Source: Lama guanicoe
Taxonomy: Eukaryota
Assembly: GCA_013239625.1 (NCBI GenBank)
Contig: MU054323.1
Coordinates: 3,522,161 to 3,586,160 of the forward strand
Direction: 5' to 3'
Length of the DNA stretch: 64,000 bases
Shown: positions 51,948-64,000 of the stretch, piece by piece
Layout of the letters: each line of letters begins with the position of its first letter
Numbering within the stretch: the first letter of the stretch is position 1
Made by a program: the position numbers and the translations under genes
The notes under the pieces: generated by a model
Database searches by the model: none
What the model was told of the DNA's origin: nothing
Seen by the model: only the letters and a program-made list of their open reading frames with translations

Positions 51948-54900
51948 TGGCACGACCGGCCCATGTTTTTCAGTTTGGAGACCATGGTCTACCAGAAGGC
52001 ACAGTTCTGAGGGCTGTGGGACCAGGCCTTGGGCTTTTATGACTCCGTGTAACCCCTGTCCTCTGGCTGTCACTTGGAGCTATTTTTCTTCTCCCTTCAA
52101 TCCTGAAAAGGGAAGAAACGAATGTTACCAGAAACAAGTTTCTCATCACTTTGTTAATGATTGATTTCATTTGATTCCAGAAATTGTTTAACCTTTGGAT
52201 AAACAATTGAAACCTTCTGGAGGCACCTAAAAGGAATGCAGGAATGTGTGTGCTATTTAATGGTGGGGAGATTATAAATGGGACTCCAACAGAATAAAAA
52301 GTGTTATTTATATGATTGCTAAAAAAAGTCACTTGTAAAATACACACTCGTCCATAACAGCCAAATATGGGAAACAGTGATATCTGGTCCTATAACCAGG
52401 CTGGCTCTGTAAATGGTAAGGTCTCTCCATCTATCTCCTTCCTCTCCGTTGAGCAGTTTTGTGGCTACAGATTTCCTCCAAGAAAGTCTAGAATTGTGGC
52501 CCAAATGGAGATTCAGCCTACACGTACAAGATAACACCAACATAAACGAGCCAGCCTGGGCTCTCTGATGGTGTGTTAAGCTGTGCCAAGGGAGAATTGT
52601 TCAAAGTTTTGACTTCATGGGTAATGGTAGAAATCACAGACTGTACAGTTGGTTACCTGCCAAATCTGAAAGAACAGAGATGAAATGCAGTGCAGGCATA
52701 AACAATTCAAAGGGAAAAAGTACTAATCGGGCTTAAAAAGCCATGAGTTTTCCAGCAGGCTGATACGATGCAACCTCTGTCCGTGACCTCATGACCAATA
52801 GTACGCAGTCTCACTAGTTAGCCAAGGGAATTCAGACGGACCAGCACCAGCATGAGCAGGGTGCAGAGGAGGCCCCCCAGACAGCATCGGCTGGGGCCAT
52901 GGGCCCACCCTGGGCATGTGTAACCCTATCATCCTCAGCAGGGTGTTGGAAGAGATCGCAGCTCAGGGAGTTTGCTAGTGATCTCAAGAAAGAGGGGCAG
53001 GAGTGGAGCAGCGCAGGTGCGTCCCCTGCTCTGTCACAGCACTTCTGCTACTGTATTGTCCGTCTTTTTTCACCTGCAGGAAAGGCAGTGTGCTTGGTGG
53101 GAAAATCAAGGCTTACAGGCGGAAGCCCCTGTTCAGTTCTTCACTATCTGTGCAATTACTTTTCCTCTCTACTGCCTCAGGTTTTTCATTTGTAGAATGG
53201 AAATAATTTTGAAGATCAAACAAGATCAAGCCAAGGACTTGACATAGAGCCCAGCTCATTCAAAATCCTCAGTAAATCTTGATGGCCTTCCCTCCAGTGG
53301 ATTCATCTTAGCTCCTTAAGCACAGAGTCAAAGTGGAATAACTTTTGCTGGATAAGTGAGTGTAACGTAATAACAACTCTTTTGTTTGTCAGGAATCTTT
53401 GCAACTGTAAGCTCCTCAGTGTATCACATCACACTCATTTTTGCAACTCCAGCATAGAGTGCAGGTTCTGGCACATAGTAGGTGCTTAGTAACCTCCAAG
53501 TTACTGAACAATAACTCGAGTTCAGAAGGTCCTTGATAAACAGGAGATTCTTGGGATTGCACTGGATGAATTTGGCACTCAGGGAAGAAGTACCCACCAC
53601 TTGGGTCCCAGAGGTTGTGGTGGCAGAAACCGAGCTAAGTGCCAAGAGGAAGGCTATGGGGTCTGGAGATCAGCAGGATTTCCTCCTGGGAGCGTGGTGC
53701 TCACGAGTCCCCAGCAGAGACTGGATGGGCACTATACCAGCGACACATAATGAGGAGCAGGGTGGCCAGGGCGCAAAGCCAGGGAGAGCCCACCCCGCCT
53801 CACTCTGCTGACATGGCCACTGAGCGAAGGAGAATAGGTAAGTTCTCCAGGTGAAGAGAATACCAGGAAAAATGCTGACAACTAAGTGATCAAGAAACGT
53901 AGATTAGAAAGATCCAGCCATTAGTGCTGTGTGTGCAAGACCCTGGACTCCACCACTGCACTTGTAACCCGAGAAAGCAAGGCCCTGCCTATTATGCTGC
54001 TCAGCAAAACCGTCAGACCCCACACCCCGCCGTCATGAAAGGGAAAACAAAGAAATGGGGCGGGTTGATCATCTGACCACAGCGCCTCTGAGAGCAAGAG
54101 CCCACAGCTTTATTTCTGCTGGAGTTTACCAAATTTACCGCAAGTAGTTTATAATCGCTTTAAGCCTGGGCAGACTGGTTCTTCTGGCATGGAGGCAGGA
54201 GCTGAGCTGGATTAGACTGGAGCAGAGGCTTTGTTCAGGGTTGGCTTCAATTTTGTTTGGCTTTTATTTTTTTTTTTTTTACTTTCTTGTTAAATAAGAA
54301 CCAAAAAATTGTATCGTCAGGGGCAGAAGCACAGGGCAGGGGTGCGTTATGTAAATTCCCATTCAAAGGCGAGTCCCTCTGTGTTCACCCTCCCACACAT
54401 TTTGGCTTTTTCAGAATGCGGACCCTGAACTTGAGTTCTTGGTCATGCCTGTCCTTAATGGGATCTGGGGCAGCATCCGGGGGAGGGGAGGCTGCTGAAT
54501 GGAGACTTGGCTGTTCCTGTCTAACTTTGGCAGGTTTTCTCTAAGTGCCTTGGAGATAGATGCTTAAATCAACTTAACTGTACCAGCTTCCAAGTTCTGA
54601 GGAGCCTGGGCCAAACCTAGAGGTCTGCGGCCTGGTGACCTCTAGGCCGGGGGAGGTTGTGCTCTGCCCATCAGCGGTGGAAGGTGAGGTCAGGGATGGT
54701 CAACTGGCTTATCATTTTCAGAAGCAAAGTCTGATTTCAGAGATTGGGATGGAAACAGACATCTGGGGTGGATCCTCGAGCTGGCTTGTGGCGCATCCTC
54801 TTCAAACCACACTAAGACTTGTCAGGCCCCTCTTTGGTCAGTAAACCAAGACCTAAAATGCCATTTGAGTTCAAGGAGCTAGGACTTGTGTTGGATCTGA

Positions 54901-56284
54901 ACTTGTTTCCTGGAGGGCAGTGGATTAGCCCATCAGATCCTGGTGGTCCAGGAATTAGGTGAGGTACCCAATCAGTCAGGGCCACCAGGAATAGGTTCAG
55001 GCCCTGATGAAAAAGCTTTGGGGACTCCCTCGCAGATCTACAAGTGGAAATGATCCAGCTTCTGTCTGGACCCCTGATCCCTGCTAATTATTATGGCCCC
55101 CCATCATCAGCCCTGCCACCTGCCTGAGTGTGTGGCTGGTGAAGGGTGCGAGGGCTAGGGAGTGGGGTGGGTGTCAGGCTTGGTGGGGGGGGGGCAGGAG
55201 AGTAGGCTCAGGGCTCAGGCCTGGGGGCACGTGAGAGCTCTTCCTCAAAGAAGGCCTGGGGCTACCTGTCTAGGGGTGACCTCCTGCGTCTTCTCCTGCA
55301 CAGTAGCTGTGCCTCCAAGTGATGAAGCCCACCTTGATCCAGCTCATCCTCTTGGGCCTCTGCTGCTCTGAGCCCAGAGCTGGTGGGGGAAGAAGGCGTG
55401 AAGGCACACCCTCCCTCACCTGCTTCCTAAAACGAAGGTCTTGTATTCGCCCCATCGCCTCCTTCTGTCTCTGGTCTTCCCCTGGCCTCACCTGCCTTTC
55501 ACAGCAAAGCTGTCTGGAGAGTATCAGGACCAGGTCTGGGAAGTCACCCAAGGGAGGCTCCTTGGAGACATCCCCATGAAGGGACAAGCCTGAGTTTGTT
55601 CCCACTAAATCTTCAAAGCAGAGCTCAGATGTCATCTGCTTTTCCTGACTTCCTCTATCTCCTTCTTCTGCTCAAAGTACAGTTCCTTCCTTTCTATTCT
55701 CATCTCTCTTCAGTGCAGTCATTAATTAATTATATGACTCATCTGAAATACAGTCTCCTGGAGTGTGGGGACCATGTCTTATAATTACTTGTATCCCAGG
55801 CATGTAGACCTGGGCCTGGCACAGGTGCTGAGTGAACACGTGTTGAATGATGGACTAAATGCGGACCTTTCATGTAAGACAAAGAACTTGTGGCCCTGCT
55901 GGGAAGGAAAAACTAACATATGGGCAAAGAATTCAAGGAACAATTTAGTGCTGAACGGTGAACGGTGTAACTGTCTTTAACAGAGGTTGATTCATGAAGG
56001 AGCTGGCTCAGAGTCGGCTGGCCTGCCAGCCATCTCTGAGAAGCTTGGGAAGCAAGACTTCTTCCCCTGCTAGAATGTGACCACCATGGGAACATGGCCT
56101 TTGTTCAGTGCTGGGTGCCTGGCATGAGGTATGTGCTCAATAAATAAATAGCTGTGGAACAGAAGTACTTAAGTTATTATAGTTCGTTTTCTTAAAGCAG
56201 ATAGAAATGGTATCAGTGATTAACTTGTCCTCCAATTATGAAGGCGAACTCCTGTGGGAAAGACTCAGAATCAGAAGATCCCCA

Positions 56285-56460
56285 CAGGTGGAGCCAGCTT
56301 CATGGGCACGTGAGCTGTGTAGTCACAGGGCCTGGTGCTCAGAAGGGTCCTGACCTCAGTTTAATGCGATGTTGTTGTCATCTTGAAATTCTCAATTTTT
56401 GAACAGGGAGCCCACGTTTTCATTTTGAGCTGGATCCACAAGTGACGTAGCTGTTTCTGC
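56285..56460. mobile_element. MER91-like hAT-Tip100 element
   Basis: GCCAGCTTCATGGGC..GCTCAGAAGGG..GTTTAATGC..TCTTGAAATTC..TTTCATTTTG. Confidence 0.5.
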
Positions 56461-57905
56461 CTGTAGGAGGGGACACTGTCAATCAGCAGCAGAAGCAAGG
56501 AAGACTCTTTGACTCTGGGCACCCACCTGGCAAACTGACTTGCCCTGTGGGCTCTGGGCAGCCACTCGGGTGCTGTCTCCTTTTTCCTCCCTGACCCAAA
56601 TCTGCAGCTGTTGGTTCCACCTGACCTGAAGCGAACTCAGGAAACGGCAGAGCAGCCACAGCCTGTGACCTCACACCTCCTGTCGCTCCAGTGTGCCGTG
56701 ACCACCATGGGGAAGACTCTTTCCCTCCCAGTCGGACGCTTTGATGGCGCACTACCTAAACAGTGGCCTCCCCAGTGTGGTTCTGACAGGAAATGCCCGC
56801 TCTCCCCTTTTAAGGAATACGAGACATTTTGCCCAATGGGTTGGAGGACATTGAATGGCACCCCCAGGGTACCCTTTGCTGATGCCTATCATTTTCGAGT
56901 TCTTTAGGGGTGAATCCAAGGAATCTTCTAGCTAACGATGAATTTATAGACAACTGGAGCCCTCAACCTCGGGTGGGGGTGATTTTTCTCTCCCTCTGGT
57001 TCAAGGTCTTTGATCTTGATGAACTGAGGCCCTCCTGCAGTGCCCAAAGCCCTGCTCACTTCTCTTAGAAAGGCCACCAAGTTGTCACACTTATAGGGCA
57101 TTTGGTGGCAGAGTTTCGCAGGGAGAGCCCCTTCCATCCCAGTGATCCGTACCTGCTATATGTCTCTGGTGGGCTGACCATTGGTAAAGTCACACTCAAT
57201 CCTGAGAAAAGTCACCTTCCTCTGCCTGGGGAACACAAGACAGGTAGGGTGGCTGGGCTTCGGGAGGGGAACCCCGAGAGCAATGCCCATGCTGCCCAGC
57301 TCCTGTTGGGCCCACCGTTTCCTGCTGCTCTGGGGTGGAGCCCGGGGTGCAACCAGCAGGCTCATGATCTCCTTGAAAGGCTGCTCTGGTGAGTTTCCGG
57401 GTTTATTCTGGGTGTCCAGTGGGAGTTGTGAGTGTGTGTCCCTGGCATTGTTCTTTCATTCACTCTTCTGGCTAAAGCCAGGCCCCACTAACAGGACAGG
57501 TTCATGCCAGACTTAAAGTTGTCCCAGAGTGGTTCTTAACATTTGCTACTGCTTCTTAGAAAACAAACAAACAAACAAACAAACAAATGGGAATTCAAGT
57601 TAATGATAGAAAACAAAGATTGCGAAGGTAGATTTTTACAATTTCAAAGACAATGCCACTATTAGAATTAAGATTTTTTTTCTGTAAGATACTATTGTTT
57701 TACATTTTTATACACTGCCAGAAGAGAAGGGAGACCAGAGGTCATTCGGTCTGTTTTAAAGATGGAAAACTGAGGTCCGCGGAGGCTGGGGGACTGCCCA
57801 AGGTCATGCAGATCATTAGGAGCAGAAGTAAGAACCCAGGTCCCCTCTACTCCCCAGGCCCCTGCTTTCTCTCCAGCATAGAGTTCTTAAGAAATTTTAG
57901 TTGTT

Positions 57906-57994
57906 GCTTTGCTGTACACCTGAAACTGACGTTTGTGAATTGACTACACTTCATAATAAAAAATAAGAATTAAAACAAATGAACAAAAAAGGAT
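57906..57994 (+). mobile_element. Extremely 5'-truncated L1 3' tip (~90 bp)
   Basis: GCTTTGCTGTACACCTGAAACTGAC..ACTACACTTCA plus A-rich tail; 12-bp TSD ATTTTAGTTGTT at 57894-57905 and 57995-58006. Confidence 0.75.
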
Positions 57995-58105
57995 ATTTTA
58001 GTTGTTAACTAAATATTCACAGTTACAGATCTGAGCAGTAGCTGGAGCAGGGCATGCTACGTTTTCAGTGCGCTGGCAGTATAACGTCAGTGGGTTTTAT
58101 GAGTA

Positions 58106-58575
58106 CAGATGGTCCCTGGCTTACCACAGGTCGACTTTTGGTTGTTCAACTTTGACGATATGTAAAAGCGATATACGTTCAGTAGAAACCACACTGCAAA
58201 TTTTGAATTTTGATCTGTTTCAGGGCTGGTGATATGCGGTAATACTCTCTTGTGATAACAGAAGCCGAAGCTCCCAGCGGGTAAACAGCCGACACACTTA
58301 AAACCGTTCAGTACCCACTCACTCTGTTTCTCACTTCAATACAGTATTCAATCAACTGCATGAGATAATCAGCACTTTCTTATAAAACAGGCTTTTGTTA
58401 TATGACTTTGCCCAACTGTAGGCTAATGTAAATGGTCTGAGCATGTTTAAGCTTGGCTAGACTAAGCGATGACATTCTGTAGTTTAGCTGTATTAGATGC
58501 ATTTTCAACTTACGATACTTTCAACTTACAATGGGCTTATCCATTATAAACCCATGATAAGTCGAGGAAGATCTG
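58106..58575 (-). mobile_element. MER47/Tigger5-like TcMar DNA transposon
   Basis: TA|CAGATGGTCCC...TAAGTCGAGGAAGATCTG|TA terminal inverted repeats with TA target duplication. Confidence 0.8.
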
Positions 58576-61500
58576 TATTTGTTCCTTCATTTCATCATTC
58601 CTTGCCAATTCTTTCTTGAGCAAATGCTTTGTGCCAGGTCCTGTACTCAGTACTAGGAATACCAGGTAGAAGGTACAATTTATACCCGCATAGGCAACTT
58701 GTACTAGGGGTGTTTGTATGTGTGCACGCATGTGCTCCCAGCTAGCAGTCCTCTCTGTAGTATCCTTTACAAGAGATCACTTTACTTTTAACACGTACAG
58801 TTAGGAAACTGGCTTTGAGAGCTCTGGGCCAGTGACTTTGGAAGTCAGAGGAGTTAGCATTCCCAGCATCCCGTCGGATAAAGATGTCTTTCTCTGCTTT
58901 ATTTCAAGCTAGAAATGGATTCACTGGGCCTGAGTATCTGTCTCATTGGCTGGTAGAGTCATCTATGGCAATGGTCAGACATGAACATATGTGAAATCAC
59001 ACACACGCACACACACACATCAGGTGGAACCAGTCCTAGGAGCACAGGATGTCAGTTCTGGATTATATGATCCTTCTTCTGTCAGTTGAGAAAACTGAGA
59101 CCCAGAGCAGTTTAACCACTTTCTTAACTTGCTGTTCAGTTAATCCCCAAAGCTAGTGGATTCCTTAAACCATCAAAACTTTTAGTTTATTCAGGAACCA
59201 AAAAATGGAAAGGGGTTTCCTCTTAGAAGTGACCTCATCTGAAATGTCACTGTTCCTAAGATGACATTTTGGAGAGGCATCAATGTGGCCGTGGCCTCTT
59301 GCGATTTCTTCATAGAATCCCAGGAAGTCACGGCTGTTATGCAGAATTCTAAGTGACTGGCAGTCAGATCAGACTGTCTCAGGTGCCAGAGGCCTAAGAC
59401 ACCCCAGCTGGGGCTGGGGCAGGTGTTGGGCAAGCCTCCACGCCCCCCCTTCCAGTGCAAGGAGTCCTGATGGGGAGCTGGCAAAGCGGCGGGAGGGATC
59501 AAGGGTGTGTTCAAAGCACAGCCCCCACCCCCCCGCAAGATGGTTTGGTTTAAGCATAGGATTACTGTTCTCCCTTCAAAGCCCAGCGAGAAAAGCTGCC
59601 CAGGAATGCCCTGCAGGAACTGGAGGCTTTGCTATCAGGGCCCTCCCTCCATGAGTAACTCAGCCCATTGGCAGCCTCAGAACTGAGGGCTCCTTGAGTG
59701 GGACAGACGTCCAAGTCGACTGAGTCCAAGTTCCCACTGGCGGGTTCTTTCCAGAGCTTTCTGCCCCTGCTTGCACTCCTCCAGAGACAGGATGTGTACT
59801 CCTTTACAAGAGCACCGTTTCTAGCTCTCACAGGGAAAGGCCACCTTCTTGTAATGGCCACTTAGGAGTCTCAGCCCTGCAGCCTGGGGCTCACCTCTCT
59901 CTCTGTCATCTCGTGGAGATTTGAGTCCATTGTCTCCTGTGCTCCAGGCCAGCCACCTGCAGGTCAGCGCTTGGCCATCCCTACCAGACATGGCTGGGAG
60001 ATCCTCACCCTCCTCTGCACGGAAGAGGGGTCCTGAAAAGGGGAGCCCCAGAACTACTGGAAAACTGAAAGCCAAAAACTCCAGTTGCAGCCTGACCAAA
60101 GCAGAGATAGATAGGGCTGTTGTCTCCCTGGCCTCAGAGGCTTCTCAATAACACAGAACACGGAAGCCACAGAGCAATCGGAATTTCCTACCTGCTGCCT
60201 TGAAAACGGCCAGAAGTACATCTTCCCATCCCAGGAGCTTGGTCAGACCCCCGCAAAGCTGGCCTCTACTCTTTTCCTCTCTGAGTCCTCCTGTCTCAAC
60301 ATAGGTTCTAGCTGGAGTTTTCCAGGTGTTTTGGAAATAGCCAAAGCACAAACCACCATGCTGCCTGCTGCCCAGGATTCTATGGGCTCCAGCTTGGGGA
60401 TTCAGGACCCCAGGCTCACTCAACACTGTGTTCTGGGCTGCTGGTCACAGGAACCCGTGGTTGGGTGAGCAGTGGGCGTGAGTGGAGATCTGTGGGCTGG
60501 GGCAGGGACCCCAGCTCCAGCCAGGTCAGGCTTGGCTGTTAACCCCCTGCCGTTTGGCTGGCGTCTGGGTAAGAGGCCGAGGCCGAGGCTGGGCTGGGTT
60601 GCAGTACAGCTGAGGAAGCTCTCAGAACAGAGTGTGACCCTGAGGGACTGGGCAGTGTTTGCCTGGACTGCTCCTTAATGAGCTCACCCCGGCACATGGC
60701 CCTTCCCTGTCACTCACTCGGTAACATGTGTATTCAGCAGAGTAATCCTGGCGAAAGCGATTCTTTCACTGCCTGCCTAACTGGATGAGCAAAGCCCCTA
60801 GGGGTTATTTGGACAAGAGCATCAGCGATCTCAAGAATGTGACCTGACCTAGTAAGTGCCCGGGAAAATAAGGGAAGTGTCTGCGAGGTCTTTGAGGATT
60901 AAGTGGTCGGCATTAGGGGCGGGTGGATGACTGTCGTGGGTCCTGTTAGGGACACTGTCTTGAAGCAGGATGAACAAAGGGGAGCTCACCTGCTCTGCAG
61001 GGGGATGGGCAGCTGGACAGGCCTGTGCACTTAGGAAAATGCTGTTTACACTTCCCATCAACACACAGTAATGGCTCTGGGAATTAATGTTCGTGCTTGG
61101 GGGATGCGTGCGTGTGTGTGCATGCACACACACATGCACATGAGCCTGTCATTATCCATTTGATGACCTGAAAGAATAAGGGGGGCATGTGCCCTGTACA
61201 CGGGTGGAGGGACCTAGAAAAACCCCAAATGCAGTGTCCCAAAGCCCAAGGCTAACGTGAATTATCTGGCTGGTCAGCAGCCCAACTTGAATTATCCTGC
61301 CAGGCCAACAGTGGCACCGGACTAAAATTACACTAAATAATTCAGCCTTGAAAGTAGACTGCCAGGGGTTATGGTGTCTCCCAGATTCCTCACTGTCTCC
61401 CAGGAAGGGGCCGACCATCCTGGGGCAGGCCACTTCGTGTCTGCTCAGGGGGATGGCTTGGGGTTTCCCTCAAGTAGGGAAGGAGAGTCACTCTGTAGAG

Positions 61501-64000
61501 GATGAACTATGGAGATGTTCTCAGAAAGAGTCGTAGATCCGAGCGTGAGTTCTGTTCAGCCCCGGAACTGTGTGAAGAGGAAAAGCCCACCTGAACGTGG
61601 CTCCTGCCTCATTCAGGGTGAGAACCCTCCGGCATCGGGAGACCCTTCTCTGTAGCAACAGCCCTGCCTGCATTCCAGCCGCTCTAGGCCCAAGGCTGCC
61701 GCTCGGCTGCAATCACCGCACCTGCTTCCTGAGGAGCAGAGACCCTGGCTACTGTGTGGATGGGCCCTGCCAGGTGGGTCTCTGCAGGCTGCCAGGGGCC
61801 ATGGGTGCTCAGGACCAGAGCAAGCAAATTCAGTCACTGGAGAGTTGGTTTTCAAGACTCGTTAATGGTTTTCTTTCCCAGCTTTTGCCTGCAGCTCCTA
61901 AAACTGAGGCCAGGACTGAGTAGAGCCTCCATACATCTGTGCTGAATGGATTGACCAAATAATGCATAATGAGCCAACTTCTCTACCTTGGTTAGCAGAG
62001 CTCAGACATCACAGACTCTTTTGGTGACTTCTGAAATGGCAGGGTCCTGAAATAACCATCATTAGCAAGCATCGTGGAAGAGCGTTAAATTGTATCACCA
62101 CAGGACACTCTTGTTAAAATGTGACCTTTTCATTTTCGCCTCAAATCTGTTTTATTTGCTGGTAAACAAAAACCGTTGTATAGGAAACATTTTAATTTTT
62201 AAAATTTTATTATTCTTTATAGAGCTCTTTACCTGTTCACGTGCAAACGTGGCATTTGATCTTTGCAGCAGTCTTAGGCTGAAGGGAAATGGTGAAGTTT
62301 TGTTATTCCCATTTTACAGCTGGGCACATAAAGGCCAAATGTATTCCCAAGTCCACACAGCTTAGAAGTCACTGACCTGCGATTCCACGCCTGATGCCTT
62401 TCTACTGTTCCAAGCTGGGGAAGCTGGGCCATCAGAGTATATAATTTTCCTTTTGTTTCACCAAATGAGAGGTGGCACTCAGTCTGGTCCTCATGGAAAT
62501 GCTGTTACAAGCCAGATGCAGGGCCCGAACAGCTCTGCAATTACCAGGGAGAGGGTATAATTTGGGGAACTCAGACTGGGTGGGCTTTATTCTGAAAATC
62601 TCATTTGTGATTAACTCTGCTATTATCAGACAAGATCATGTGTGGGAACCAGAGGCAGTAGGTTCTGACCCTGTCCCTGGCTCAGTCAGGTTACACTTTG
62701 CGTTCCGCGGGTGACTCACTGGATTCCATGTCTAGGGCCACTCACTCTCTGTACGCTCAGTGTGAAAGCTGCCAAGTGAAGCAGAGGCATCACGTCCCCC
62801 TGGTGACCACTGCTCTCTAGGTCCCAATGGTGGCCCCGCCCCTCCCCATGGCCACGCCCTCTCCTCCCCCAAGGCAGTGCTCCAGCCCCAGCATGGGCTG
62901 AACCTGAAATTCCACTTCGATCACCAGGAGTTAGTTGCTGCTGGAGGATATTCATTTCAAGAGCCAGCCCTGGTGGCCTGGGCCATGACTCCAAGTGGGA
63001 ATCTCAGTGGCAGCCTTGGTGGATGGCTGTTTCATCTCTGATTTTCACCCCAAAGCACGGACCTTCTCTGTCTCAGTTTCTTAACCTAGAAAATGGGTGT
63101 CTGAGCAGCTGCCACATGTCAGGTAACATGGAGACCGACACAGCAGGCTTCTGCTCTAGGCTCCATGGGTAGATGTTCTTATCCCCATTTTATGGATGGA
63201 GAAACTTTGCCATGGAGAGACTTAGTAACCTGGCAAGAAATACAAACAAAGCAGCCCCTGACATTTGGAAGCTGGCCTCCCACTCACAGCCAGCAGTATT
63301 TTTCTCTCCTGTTGGATATAAACAATCTCACAGGATACCAGCTTCTCATAGAGCACACTGGGACCAGGATAAGATGCCATCCAGCAAGACCACTTCATAG
63401 TTTTGTCTAAACTCAGTAAAGTATTCCAACCCCCCAAGGGGAGCTTACAATCAGATGGGAGATTAGAGCTCAGGTGTCTACTCATGGTGGCCTTGACTGT
63501 GCTATTATCCTCTGAAATCTCCATGTGCTCAGAAATCATCCCAGCCTGGGGCTTTCTACTTCCTGACTCTTTGAAAGAAGAAACAGTGAACGCAGACACT
63601 ACTAACCTGTCATGTGGACATATCTCTTGGACTGGCCGGCAGCGTGGGGATGCCCACAGCCTGCAGAGTGACTGCCCCACCCACCCCCATGGCCCACCTC
63701 TCAGTGCCTGGCACGTGGAGGCAGCCATGTGTTCTGTTGGCAAGGACAGCCAAAACCCCCTCCCCAAGATTGCCCTTTATTCCTGATGATATCTCTATGG
63801 CAGTGTCCTTGATCCCAGCAGGACGCTGGCCTGAGGTACAAGGAGATAACTAGTCACCCTCGCAGACACCGCAGCCCAGTGGTCCACGTACCTGATGGAA
63901 TTGACCCAGACTTTGACATAACTGCCACCCGCGAGCATCTGGCACCAATGCCAGGGAACATCCTTAACGCTGCAGCTACTAAAATAATGACAATTACAGT

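Noticed and set aside
52000..64000. Possible exons of a downstream gene such as HS1BP3
   Set aside because: No ORF with recognisable homology was found; the region looks intergenic with MIR, L2 and DNA transposon remnants.

Overview
Mammalian genomic DNA, most likely from a camelid given the tRNA-Ala-like Vic-1-type SINEs. It matches the SLC7A15-RHOB neighbourhood. The window contains: (1) a complete, intact 6-exon SLC7A15/arpAT amino-acid transporter gene on + (CDS 11916-20930, 487 aa), whose intron 4 only stays in frame with a non-canonical GC donor; (2) the intronless RHOB gene on + (CDS 43713-44303) with its CpG-island promoter and a 3'UTR rich in miRNA seeds; (3) a full-length RPL6 processed pseudogene on -, nested in a hAT/Charlie (MER33-like) transposon; (4) many old interspersed repeats. 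Two structural features stand out. A direct repeat brackets the whole SLC7A15 gene 21.3 kb apart, with a near-identical CpG-rich core and highly diverged flanks, suggesting gene conversion. A ~1.235 kb near-perfect tandem duplication lies downstream of RHOB. No prokaryotic-type system (CRISPR, operon) is present. Repeat family names come from recalled consensus similarity, not a database search.
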